The notes under the pieces were generated by a model. That model was not told where the DNA came from and ran no database searches. It saw only the letters and a program-made list of their open reading frames with translations. Of a stretch of 40,115 nt of DNA, positions 26,590 through 35,958 are shown in pieces. The stretch is taken from positions 1 through 40,115 of the forward strand of contig DALZBD010000001.1 in assembly GCA_031977515.1 (NCBI GenBank), given 5' to 3'. Within the stretch, counting starts at the first letter, position 1. Every line of letters begins with the position of its first letter. The translations under genes were made by a program, and so were the position numbers. This DNA is from Bacteroides sp. (GTDB taxonomy: Bacteria; Bacteroidota; Bacteroidia; Bacteroidales; Bacteroidaceae).

Positions 26590-27771
26590 TTATGATTTTT
26601 GTTCGCTGAGTTCCTGACGCACTACCGCCATCATTCCTTCCACCTGTGCCAGTGCCAGCATACGTCCGTGGAAAGAATATCCCGGATTGTATCCCTTATC
26701 TGCATCATCCAGGATCAGTCGGCCGTGATCGACACGCATCGGCAGATCCGAGCGTTGTTTCTCAAAGATACGTACCAGTTCCACCAGATGTCCCCGCCCA
26801 CCGAGGTGAGAAGCCTCGATAAAGTCTCCGTTGGAAAACACCTCCGTACTCCGCAGATGCACGAAATGGGTACGACAAGCATAACGTGCTGCCAACGCAG
26901 GCACATCGTTTTGCAGACCCGCACTCAAAGAACCCGCACAGAGAGTCAATCCATTATGCACATTATCCACGGCTTGCAGGATCCAGTCTATATCCTCTGC
27001 GGAAGTCACAATCCGGGGCAATCCCAATACCTGACAAGGAGGATCGTCCGGATGGATACACATATGTATCCCATACTCTTCACACACCGGGACCACCGCC
27101 TGTAGAAAATACCGGAGATTCTCCCGCAATGCAGGGCGATCTATTCCCTGATAGCGAGCAAGCAACTTGCGAAACAACTCCACCGGATGCCGGTCTTCCT
27201 CACTGATATTCCCATTGACAAAGCCCTGCGTCTTCACAATGATCACATCCACCAGTGCCGCTTTCTCTGCATCGATAATCACACGATCCAGTTCCTTCAC
27301 CTGTCTGATCTCCTCCGACGTGTAATCCTGTTCGGCTCCGGGACGTTGCAGGATGCAGCAGTCGAAATAAGCAAACCGTATCCGGTCGAAATAAAGCGAA
27401 GATCCTCCATCTGCCCACGGATGTTCCAGATCCGTACGTATCCAGTCGATCACCGGCATGAAGTTGTAACAAACCGTATGGATACCTTCTTCGCCCAGGT
27501 GTCGCAGGCTGATCTTATAATTCTCTATAAGGCGATCCCGCTCTGGTCCGGCATACTTTATCGCTTCGCTCACAGGCAGGCTCTCCACTACCGACCAACG
27601 CAATCCTGCATTTTCTATATACGTTTTCAGGTCCGCAATCGCCTCCCTGCTCCACACCTCTCCATTAGGTACATCGTGTAAAGCAGTTACAATTCCTTCC
27701 ACACCGATCTGCCGGAGCATCGGCAATGTGATCTTATCCTTTTTTCCAAACCATCTCCAGGTCTTTTCCAT
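26590..27771 (-). CDS. uxuA: Mannonate dehydratase
   Basis: MEKTWRWFG, WSVVES, CYNFMPVIDW, HPDDPP and RVDHG motifs. Confidence 0.95.
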   Translation of the reverse strand: MEKTWRWFGKKDKITLPMLRQIGVEGIVTALHDVPNGEVWSREAIADLKTYIENAGLRWSVVESLPVSEAIKYAGPERDRLIENYKISLRHLGEEGIHTVCYNFMPVIDWIRTDLEHPWADGGSSLYFDRIRFAYFDCCILQRPGAEQDYTSEEIRQVKELDRVIIDAEKAALVDVIIVKTQGFVNGNISEEDRHPVELFRKLLARYQGIDRPALRENLRYFLQAVVPVCEEYGIHMCIHPDDPPCQVLGLPRIVTSAEDIDWILQAVDNVHNGLTLCAGSLSAGLQNDVPALAARYACRTHFVHLRSTEVFSNGDFIEASHLGGRGHLVELVRIFEKQRSDLPMRVDHGRLILDDADKGYNPGYSFHGRMLALAQVEGMMAVVRQELSEQKS

Positions 27772-27878
27772 ATCCGGGTATTTCTATGATAGTATTTCTA
27801 TTCAGAAGAAAGAGATTCTATCCCAAAGATAAAATGCTCTTTGTGGTAACTATATTCATTTTGCCCATTTATTTATTA

Positions 27879-27967
27879 TCTGAGACGCAAGGTATTGCGT
27901 CTCTACAAGTGGATGTTTTCTTTTTAACGCGACGTGCTTGTAGAGACGCAATACCTTGCGTCTCAGA
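27879..27967. repeat. Inverted doublet of GTAG-type REP sequences
   Basis: CTTGTAGAGACGCAATACCTTGCGTCTCAGA (27937-27967) and its exact reverse complement (27879-27909), with a 27-bp spacer. Confidence 0.92.
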
Positions 27968-28036
27968 AAAGGCCAGAAACAGTTACGTATGCAAAAGTAG
28001 GTTTTTACCAGACTACTTGTTAACGTTATCGTACTT

Positions 28037-30148
28037 TCATTTAGTAAATCCGTACGGCGGACACTCAAAATTGGTAATATCAATGTGATATTCCATCATA
28101 TCCTCCAGTTCGTGCACGGGCCTCTCCAGTTCATAAGGAATAGGAAGGCCACTGAATGTCTGAAAATAGAGCAGACAGGCATCCCGCCACCACACGGCAT
28201 CCCGCGCCTGTATCTTCAGACGGTGCTGCACCTGACGAAAACGATCGGCATCCACAAACTGTTCTACCTGGTCCCATACTTTCTGGAAAGCACGCACCTC
28301 CTGCACACCCCGGTCGTAGCGATAACAAAGTTCGTCCCAGAGCGTACGCCCCGTGCCCAATGCATATTGCCAAGGCACATGATGAAACCATAGGATCAAT
28401 TCATCCGGACACGTATCTATATTTCCATACAAGCTATGCAAGGGTTCGTGATATTGCGCCACTGCATTGCTCCCTGTAGCGCTCCGGTCAAAACCCAGCC
28501 CTTCTCTATCCGCACGGTGATAGTACCGTGGCAACCAATCGGGACGTGCACCCGGCACATCACACCAGGGCTCCGGTCCATAGTGATGTCCGAAAGCAAA
28601 CAGGTGATGCAATCCCAGCGGCATCATGTAATCTACTACCGCTTCGTGTGAATCGAGCATCACACGTGTCAGTTGCGCATGCAGCAAAACAGCCCGATCA
28701 TTCTCCGCTTTCGTCTCTCCTGCATCGAAAAGAGAAAACGTCTGTGCCAACCACTCGTCAGCAATCTGCTGCGAGGTCAGTGTATGATTCCAGGCCAGCC
28801 GGCCAAAAGCATACCAGTTGGCCTGTGCAAAGATATGTCCGCACCAGTTGGTATCATCCCCTGTATTAGCTACTCCGGCAAGGGCAGTGATAGACTGACG
28901 ATAGACAGAACCATCCGTCACTCGTGCCACCGTAGAGCCTTTGCCCTGCTGATAGGTATCGCTATCCAGGCACTCCTTCCACATAGGAGCCAGGAAACAG
29001 AGATGATTGCTGAATCCGGTATATTCCTGCGTGATCTGCAACTCAGCCATCACAGGAGTTTGCTTCATCGCTCCGAAAAGCGGACTGAACGGTTCGCGTG
29101 GCTGAAAATCCACCGGACCGTTTTTCACCTGTATGATCACATTGTCCCTGAATTGTCCATCGAAAGGCATAAACTCTTGATAAGCCTGCTTGGCACGATC
29201 CCCGTCACCCGGCTCATAGACAAACGCACGCCACATGACGATCCCGTTGTAAGGCTTCAAAGCATCCGCCAGCATATTCGCTCCGTCTACATGAGTGCGT
29301 CCGAAATCATGTGGACCGGGCAATCCTTCAGAATTTGCCTTTACCAGAAAACCGCCAAAGTCGGGAATCAACTGATAGACCTCTCCCACTTTCTCTTCCC
29401 ACCAGCGCTGTACTCCTGCATCCAGCGGATCGGAAGTAGGTAGTCCACCCAGCTCCGAAGGAGTAGAGAAATTAATAGCCAGATACACCTGTATACCATA
29501 CGGACGGAAAATACCTGCCAGTGCCTGCACCTTCCGCAGATATTCCGTAGAGAGCATCTGCGGACTCGCATTGACATTATTCAGAACCGTAGCATTGATA
29601 CCAATAGAAGCATTGGCACGGGCATACGCCCAGTAACGGGGTGAAAGCACATCCGGCAATTCGTCCCACAGCCACAACGAACGTCCGGCATATCCACGCT
29701 CAATGGTGCGATCAAGATTGTCCCAATGATTGAGGATACGGAGATCATAAGCAGGCTTCTCTGTAAAATCAATCTCTGTGAGTTCCGCACCACTCTCCTG
29801 CAAACGTAGCAAGTGATAAGCACCATACAGCAACCCTTTCTCGCCTGACGAGGTCACAATCACTGCTCCGGACTCGTCCGACGAACGCAATGTATATCCC
29901 TCTTCCCCGAGATCATCCCAGGGCGCTGTTGTCTGAATATCCAACGTAACAGTTCCTCCCTTCCAGGCAGCTTTCAGTTCAGCAACAGCGATATCCAGCA
30001 TCGGAGAACCGTGATGACATACAACCTCAGCACCCTTACCGACAACATTATCAGTGCCGTAACGAAGCCACAAACGGCTACTGTCCTCTGCATTCAGAAG
30101 AAAGCAAAAACAAAAGAGACTTATATACAAAAATAATATTCGTTTCAT
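28037..30148 (-). CDS. aguA: Alpha-glucuronidase, GH67
   Basis: Signal peptide; LWLRY, NHWDNLD, YARANASIGIN, FGGFLVKANSEG, KNGPVDFQPREP and ELQITQEY motifs. Confidence 0.93.
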   Translation of the reverse strand: MKRILFLYISLFCFCFLLNAEDSSRLWLRYGTDNVVGKGAEVVCHHGSPMLDIAVAELKAAWKGGTVTLDIQTTAPWDDLGEEGYTLRSSDESGAVIVTSSGEKGLLYGAYHLLRLQESGAELTEIDFTEKPAYDLRILNHWDNLDRTIERGYAGRSLWLWDELPDVLSPRYWAYARANASIGINATVLNNVNASPQMLSTEYLRKVQALAGIFRPYGIQVYLAINFSTPSELGGLPTSDPLDAGVQRWWEEKVGEVYQLIPDFGGFLVKANSEGLPGPHDFGRTHVDGANMLADALKPYNGIVMWRAFVYEPGDGDRAKQAYQEFMPFDGQFRDNVIIQVKNGPVDFQPREPFSPLFGAMKQTPVMAELQITQEYTGFSNHLCFLAPMWKECLDSDTYQQGKGSTVARVTDGSVYRQSITALAGVANTGDDTNWCGHIFAQANWYAFGRLAWNHTLTSQQIADEWLAQTFSLFDAGETKAENDRAVLLHAQLTRVMLDSHEAVVDYMMPLGLHHLFAFGHHYGPEPWCDVPGARPDWLPRYYHRADREGLGFDRSATGSNAVAQYHEPLHSLYGNIDTCPDELILWFHHVPWQYALGTGRTLWDELCYRYDRGVQEVRAFQKVWDQVEQFVDADRFRQVQHRLKIQARDAVWWRDACLLYFQTFSGLPIPYELERPVHELEDMMEYHIDITNFECPPYGFTK

Positions 30149-30182
30149 GCCATATCGTTTTCAGTTTTATAAAATAGATTTC

Positions 30183-30213
30183 CTTGTAGAGACGCAATAC
30201 CTTGCGTCTCAGA
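30183..30213 (+). repeat. Single GTAG-type REP copy
   Basis: Identical to 27937-27967. Confidence 0.92.
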
Positions 30214-30472
30214 ATTCAGAATAAATAAGTAAGCAGACAAATATATCTATTTTTCTTCACAAGGCTTCTATCTGCATATCCCAGGCAATACAACAAGAAA
30301 CAAATAGATAGCAAAACAGCCACTCCATTAACACATTTATCCATATTTATCATTTTCACGAACCAACCACCAAACAAAAAAGGACCTTCCAGCAGGATTT
30401 TTGCCTCAAAAGCAACATATATCTCCCGTTTGCACAGTACTTTTGGGTGGTTTGCACCTATGTAAATAAAGT

Positions 30473-30553
30473 TTTGCAACCGGCAAACGGTTTGTTTGCT
30501 TACTACATTTGACTCGTTTGCCGGTTGCAAACAAAAATCTGCAACCGGCAAAC
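30473..30553. repeat. Three copies of TGCAACCGGCAAAC (forward, reverse, forward)
   Basis: 17-bp perfect inverted repeat at 30473-30489 and 30515-30531, plus a third 14-bp copy at 30540-30553. Confidence 0.8.
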
Positions 30554-30909
30554 AGAAAAACCGATTCTATCTCCCTTTAAAAAGGAGGTTTTTCAACTTA
30601 TCAGACACTATTCTCCGGCAAGTCGCCAAGTTACATTACAACAACCACACACTTCATTTTCCACAAAACAGTCACGCTTACAACCACTCATCAAAACACA
30701 AGAAACTATTTCAGAAAAAACAGCATCAAATTGCTTTTCGGCCAATGCTCTACAATCGATTCTTTTCAGATAGTTTGTAGACCGAGTCCAAATAACGCAA
30801 CCAGAGCGATCAGAAATTACAAAGTGTCAAAACTGACATTTTGTTCAATAAAGCAGACTAATCGGAGGCTGTATGCATCCAGATAAAAAAGAGGCTTTTA
30901 TATACATAC

Positions 30910-30952
30910 AAAAAGAGAGGCAATCTATCAGAATGATAGTACCTCTCTTTTT
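30910..30952 (-). terminator. Terminator of pulA
   Basis: AAAAAGAGAGG / CCTCTCTTTTT stem. Confidence 0.75.
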
Positions 30953-30968
30953 CTTTTACAGCAATCTT

Positions 30969-32969
30969 TTATTTATACAAGATCATTGCCGATTCAGCAG
31001 ACACCTGTATCTGTCCGCCTTTCGACTTAGCCAATCCTCCTTCACTGATTTTTCCGTCTTTGCAGACAACCGTATAATCTCCTTGAGGAATCTCCAGAGA
31101 AAGCGGAGTACTGTTAGAGTTAAATGCTACAATGATTTCCTGCCATGCATCTCCGTTCGCATGATCCTTCAACCGGAAAGCAATCAGGTTGTCCGTATTC
31201 ACCGGAAGGAACTCCAGATGCTTACGTACCAGTTCGGCATCTCCCATGCGGAAAGCAGGGTGCGCTTTGCGCAAAGCGATCAGTGCTCTGTAGTAGTCGT
31301 ATACATCTTTATTGGTCTTCTTCAACGTCCAGTCGATTGCATTGATCGTATCCGGGCTCTTGTAACTGTTGTGTACTCCCTGCTTATCACGCATCACCTC
31401 TTCACCCGCATAGATAAAAGGTACTCCCTGTGAAGTAAAGACCATGGTCTGAGCCAGTTTATTGAGGCCTACCAACTGCTCCGGTGTCAAACCCGGAATG
31501 CTGCTACGCAATCTGTCTACCAGACACATATCATCGTGACAAGAGACATAGCTGATCATCTGAGACGGCTGAACCGCCCAACAGGTATCGCTATAATTCA
31601 CTGCTTCACAATCTACCTGCGGATGATACACAGCTCCCACAATACCAAACTTCAGGCTCCCTTCCTCACCGGGCAATCCGGCAAGGAAAGCTCCTTGCTT
31701 GTCGTCACTGAAAGGCCCGCGCATTGCGTCACGGAATTCATCCGAGAAAGCAGCAACACCCGGCATCTGATAGATATTCTCTTTCATGGCCAGCTTACCG
31801 GCAGGATATTGAGGAGCTTCGGCAGCCCATCCTTCTCCGTAGATATAAATGGTAGGATCTATTTCGTCTACCGCTTTGCGGATCTCGTTCATGGTCTCTA
31901 TATCGTGAATGCCCATCAGGTCGAAACGGAAACCATCGAGGTGGTATTCATTCACCCAGTACAGTACAGACTCGACCATATACTTCCGCATCATCGCACG
32001 ATCACTGGCTGTCTCGTTGCCACACCCCGAACCATTGGCCAACGAACCGTCTCCGCGTTGACGATAGAAATATCCGGGAACCGTACGTTCAAACGCACTG
32101 TCCTCCGTATTGAATGTATGGTTGTACACCACATCCAGCACTACCCGGATACCTGCTTTGTGCAACGCCTGTACCATCTCTTTAAACTCCCGGATACGCA
32201 CTGACGGATCGTAAGGATTTGTAGCATACGAACCATCAGGCACATTGTAGTTCACCGGATCATAGCCCCAGTTGTATTGATTATCCTCCAGTCTGGTCTC
32301 ATCCACAGAAGCATAGTCGTAGGAAGGCAACAGGTGTACATGTGTCACACCCAGTTCTACCAGATGATCGATACCGGTCTTCAGACCGTCCGGACTTCTG
32401 GTTCCTGCCTCGGTAAGTGCCAGGAATTTCCCTTTGTTTTCGATACCCGAAGTAGGATGGATAGAAAGATCGCGGTGATGCATCTCATAGATAACAATGT
32501 CTGCCGGAGAATTCAGTGCAGGACGCTTGTCAGCCTCCCATCCTACCGGATCGGTTGTTTTCAGGTCCAGTACAGCCGCACGCTTTCCATTCACTCCTAC
32601 GGCACGGGCATTGATACCGGGAGTCTCTCCCAGCCATTTGTCACCGATCTTCACATTAAAAGTGTAGAACTGTCCGGCCAGATCCTCCCTGACCACTGCA
32701 GACCAGGTTCCCTCTTTGGCTGGTTCCAAAGCCACCGTACGGTGCGCACTTTCTTCATGTCCGGAATTGTAGAGAAGTACCCGTACTTCATCTGCTGTAG
32801 GCGACCACAACGTGAAAGTCGTTGCCGAAGGAGTATACTCCATTTCGATCAGTTCGCCCGAACGTACCGGATACAATTCGTAAGAATCGTATGAACTCCG
32901 GGATGGCGAACAACCCAATACGGTCAACGTAGTAGCACCCATTACAGCGAGGTAATTTAGTTTCATCAT
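30969..32969 (-). CDS. pulA: Type I pullulanase, GH13 lipoprotein
   Basis: YNWGYDP, DVVYNH, DGFRFDLMG, YGEGW and YVSCHDD motifs; lipobox VLGC; start MMKLNY at 32969. Confidence 0.93.
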   Translation of the reverse strand: MMKLNYLAVMGATTLTVLGCSPSRSSYDSYELYPVRSGELIEMEYTPSATTFTLWSPTADEVRVLLYNSGHEESAHRTVALEPAKEGTWSAVVREDLAGQFYTFNVKIGDKWLGETPGINARAVGVNGKRAAVLDLKTTDPVGWEADKRPALNSPADIVIYEMHHRDLSIHPTSGIENKGKFLALTEAGTRSPDGLKTGIDHLVELGVTHVHLLPSYDYASVDETRLEDNQYNWGYDPVNYNVPDGSYATNPYDPSVRIREFKEMVQALHKAGIRVVLDVVYNHTFNTEDSAFERTVPGYFYRQRGDGSLANGSGCGNETASDRAMMRKYMVESVLYWVNEYHLDGFRFDLMGIHDIETMNEIRKAVDEIDPTIYIYGEGWAAEAPQYPAGKLAMKENIYQMPGVAAFSDEFRDAMRGPFSDDKQGAFLAGLPGEEGSLKFGIVGAVYHPQVDCEAVNYSDTCWAVQPSQMISYVSCHDDMCLVDRLRSSIPGLTPEQLVGLNKLAQTMVFTSQGVPFIYAGEEVMRDKQGVHNSYKSPDTINAIDWTLKKTNKDVYDYYRALIALRKAHPAFRMGDAELVRKHLEFLPVNTDNLIAFRLKDHANGDAWQEIIVAFNSNSTPLSLEIPQGDYTVVCKDGKISEGGLAKSKGGQIQVSAESAMILYK

Positions 32970-33044
32970 ATCTTTATTTTTAAATGTACTCATTATTTGT
33001 ATTGCAATACCATAAGAACCCTCAAAAATCATTAAACCAAAGAT

Positions 33045-33611
33045 TTACTTCACTTTATTGGGATTCTTCGCTATAAAATCTTTCCAACTGCTATAGCCTT
33101 TCTCCGCTACAGGACGCCCCATTTGCAGAAAATGACAATAGGCAGCAGCCAGTCCGTCGGTTGCATCCATAAATACCGGCAGTTCTTCTTTTGGAAACTT
33201 CAGCATGCGTTGCAGCATATCGGCCACCTGCTCTTTGGAGGCCTGACCATTTCCGGTAATTGCCATCTTTATTTTCAGAGGAGCATATTCGGTAATAGGA
33301 ATGTCCCTGCTCAGCGCGGCAGCCATGGCCACTCCCTGTGCCCGCCCGAGTTTGAGCATAGACTGAACGTTCTTACCGAAGAAAGGGGCTTCGATAGCCA
33401 GTTCATCAGGCAGGTAACTCTCGATAATCCCCAATACACGTTCATGTATATGCCTGAGTTTGAGATAATGATTGCCAAACTTGCGCAGGTCGATCACCCC
33501 CATAGCGATCATCTCCGGTCTGGTGCCTACAATACGCAGCACTCCATATCCCATGATGGTAGTACCCGGGTCAATTCCCAGAATGATCTTCTCTTTGACA
33601 GGCTGTATCAT
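33045..33611 (-). CDS. ruvC: Holliday junction resolvase RuvC
   Basis: [23 protein letters not shown] and [12 protein letters not shown] motifs. Confidence 0.96.
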   Translation of the reverse strand: MIQPVKEKIILGIDPGTTIMGYGVLRIVGTRPEMIAMGVIDLRKFGNHYLKLRHIHERVLGIIESYLPDELAIEAPFFGKNVQSMLKLGRAQGVAMAAALSRDIPITEYAPLKIKMAITGNGQASKEQVADMLQRMLKFPKEELPVFMDATDGLAAAYCHFLQMGRPVAEKGYSSWKDFIAKNPNKVK

Positions 33612-33913
33612 TCAACCACCTCCATCAGGGTTGGGAAACCCACCACTTTGTCTTTGAACACACCTTCCATCTCTTCCTGCAATTTTACTCCCTGTCCCAC
33701 GTGCCAGCGATGCAATGTAGCCGAGTCGTCTACTTCCCATTGAAGTGCGTAAGAGATACCTCCATCCTCTCTGTGGCTCAGTACACGAGCCAGGCGGGGA
33801 GACCGCAACAGTCCCTGTTTTTCCACCTCAGGTATATAGCATTCGCGCATCCAGATCAGAAAAGTCCGGTCCAGTTCTTCCTCCACATGAAACGTTGTAT
33901 TGTATATCAGCAT
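33608..33913 (-). CDS. DUF4286-family protein
   Basis: MLIYNTTF...YIPEV...GFPTLME; overlaps the ruvC start by 4 bp. Confidence 0.82.
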   Translation of the reverse strand: MLIYNTTFHVEEELDRTFLIWMRECYIPEVEKQGLLRSPRLARVLSHREDGGISYALQWEVDDSATLHRWHVGQGVKLQEEMEGVFKDKVVGFPTLMEVVE

Positions 33914-33935
33914 TACTTTTTACTATTTATTTTCG

Positions 33936-33974
33936 CAAACATAACAAATATTTCAGAATAATGCATTATATTTG
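33936..33974. promoter_or_regulatory. Divergent -7 promoter elements for DUF4286-ruvC and tRNA-Ala
   Basis: TATGTTTG on the minus strand (33936-33943) and TATATTTG on the plus strand (33967-33974). Confidence 0.65.
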
Positions 33975-34029
33975 CACCGTCAAAACGGAAGGTTTCCCGC
34001 AAACGTTACCGATCTGACACAGATTTCCT

Positions 34030-34103
34030 GGGGGATTAGCTCATCTGGCTAGAGCGTAACACTGGCAGTGTTAAGGTGATCGGTTCGAGTCCGATATTCT
34101 CCA
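34030..34103 (+). tRNA. tRNA-Ala(GGC)
   Basis: GGGGGAT/ATTCTCC acceptor stem with G3:U70, anticodon arm TAACA-CT-GGC-AG-TGTTA, T-loop GGTTCGAGTCC. Confidence 0.96.
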
Positions 34104-34141
34104 CAAAATAAATAATCCTCGCATTTAGAAAATGTGGGGAT

Positions 34142-34549
34142 TTATTTATTACCTTCAACTTTATTTATTATACCCATTACAATAATATTATCCGCATAAA
34201 CCTGCCATTGTTTTATATTGCCATCTTTAACTATTGCTGTCCATGCGGCAGGAATTCTCCAATAATTACTATCTTCATTATTCTTTAGATTCTTATATGT
34301 TCCGCTTGCATATCCAAGTATACAAATTAGACTACCTTTTTGAAGAATTTCATTAACTTCAATTTTATAATCGGGAAACATTGCAAAGTAATCTATCCAT
34401 GACTGCTTCATATTTTCCTTACTTATAACTCTATTGTCATGAGCATCTACAAACAAATGGTCTTTGCTCATAAGCATATACAATTCTTCAATATCAGCAG
34501 TATTGATAGCTTTTACATAGTCTAAGACAATATCTTTTTCAGTCTTCAT
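34142..34549 (-). CDS. SnoaL/NTF2-like domain protein
   Basis: 135 aa, AT-rich; YVKAINTAD...YFAMFPDY...AIVKDGNIKQWQVYAD pattern. Confidence 0.8.
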   Translation of the reverse strand: MKTEKDIVLDYVKAINTADIEELYMLMSKDHLFVDAHDNRVISKENMKQSWIDYFAMFPDYKIEVNEILQKGSLICILGYASGTYKNLKNNEDSNYWRIPAAWTAIVKDGNIKQWQVYADNIIVMGIINKVEGNK

Positions 34550-34605
34550 GAATTATAGTATTAGTTTTCATAAAACTAATAATTTTCTTCCAATCCTCAC
34601 AAAAA

Positions 34606-34675
34606 GAGTTCGATATTTTGGTGATGTGCTCCACTAACAATAATCCCTGCATTATACAATGCAGGGATTATTGTT
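34606..34675 (+). repeat. Degenerate duplicate of the tRNA-Ala 3' end plus terminator (att-like)
   Basis: GAGTTCGATATT...CTCCAC followed by an AATAATCCCTGCATT/AATGCAGGGATTATT hairpin, mirroring 34087-34143. Confidence 0.6.
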
Positions 34676-34866
34676 TATTAGCGACATACAAAAGTCCATT
34701 TTTCAGGTATAATTACTCCGGATTCTTTTTAAGGCAGACAGGATTTTTCTATATTTGCATACTATATACTATAGAAGATGCCCCTACATAGAAATCAAAC
34801 AAGTTTGTTTCTATGCCCTCGGCCTTCAATAATTTGCAATTTAATCTCATACAAAGACAATCCTAC

Positions 34867-35802
34867 ATGAATGCATTGGATCACTTACCTGAGGAAAGCC
34901 AGAACGACCTGGAGCTGATTTCTCGATTGATCTTAGAATTTTTACCGGATAAATGTGAAATGATCATATTGTATGGTAGTTATGCTACCGGCAATCAGGT
35001 TGTTTACGATCAACGGGAAGAGTATGGTATGCCTACTTATTTCATAAGTGATTATGATATTCTGATTGTCACTACTACCCATTTCAGTAAAGATATCATC
35101 GGTAATATATTCAAAAAGATAATAAACCGATATTACGAAGAAAAAGGAATAGAAAACATACGATTTGTCCCTACCATACAATTTATATCGGAAAGTATTA
35201 AAAACCTCAATAAGGCTATAGATAAGCAAAGATATTTTTATTACGATATCAAAAAGCAAGGCGTCGTACTCTACGACAGTGGAAACTTCCAACTGGCTCC
35301 TTTAAGAAAACTGAATATGTTTGAGATCAAAGAGATGGCCGAAGAATATTTTAAGAAGAAATTCCCGGTTGGTCAGGAGTTTATCAATCTGGCCCGTGAC
35401 TCGTACAACAGAGAAAACTACCTGATCTCTTCTTTCAATCTCCATCAGGCTTGTGAGAACTTTTACCGTACGGTGTTGCTCACATTTACACTTTATACGG
35501 AAAAAGGCCATGACCTGGAAAGCCTTTCGACAAAAGTGAAAAAACATTCTCTCGAATTTGCCAGGGCTTTTCCCAGAGATACCCAGAGAGAGCAGGAACT
35601 GTTTCAGTTACTGGTGAAGGCTTATGTACAGGCACGCTACAACCCCAATTTCATCGTAACTAAAGAAGATATTGATATTCTGCTTCCCAAAGTCGAACTG
35701 ATAAGAGACATAACGGAGGATGTCTGTAAACAGCAATTGCTGTTTTTTGAGAAAGAGGCTCACAAGGAGAAGGAAAACCTTTCTACAGATCCGGAACCAT
35801 AA
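34867..35802 (+). CDS. Minimal nucleotidyltransferase (MNT)-HEPN fusion protein
   Basis: IILYGSYATG...SDYDIL (MNT) and FNLHQACE...GHDL...AYVQARY (HEPN); -7 element TATATTTG at 34750-34757. Confidence 0.88.
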   Translation: MNALDHLPEESQNDLELISRLILEFLPDKCEMIILYGSYATGNQVVYDQREEYGMPTYFISDYDILIVTTTHFSKDIIGNIFKKIINRYYEEKGIENIRFVPTIQFISESIKNLNKAIDKQRYFYYDIKKQGVVLYDSGNFQLAPLRKLNMFEIKEMAEEYFKKKFPVGQEFINLARDSYNRENYLISSFNLHQACENFYRTVLLTFTLYTEKGHDLESLSTKVKKHSLEFARAFPRDTQREQELFQLLVKAYVQARYNPNFIVTKEDIDILLPKVELIRDITEDVCKQQLLFFEKEAHKEKENLSTDPEP

Positions 35803-35958
35803 ATACAGAATTTTGCTTTCACCTTCTTTCCGGTTTTCTCTCTCACATCTTTTATCCTATTATAGAAAAGATATTTCTTCCAGAAATTCCTCATAAGAAG
35901 TTTTTCTCTGAATATCTGTCTTAAGACTCATCTTTCATTCTCATAGATCCCGTCAGGT

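Noticed and set aside
27879..30213. 31-bp repeats as a CRISPR array
   Set aside because: Only three copies in mixed orientation with irregular spacing and no cas genes; the structure fits REPs.
2891..33611. mutS2, the MutS-like ATPase and ruvC as a dedicated repair cluster
   Set aside because: They are separated by many unrelated genes and each sits in its own ordinary context.
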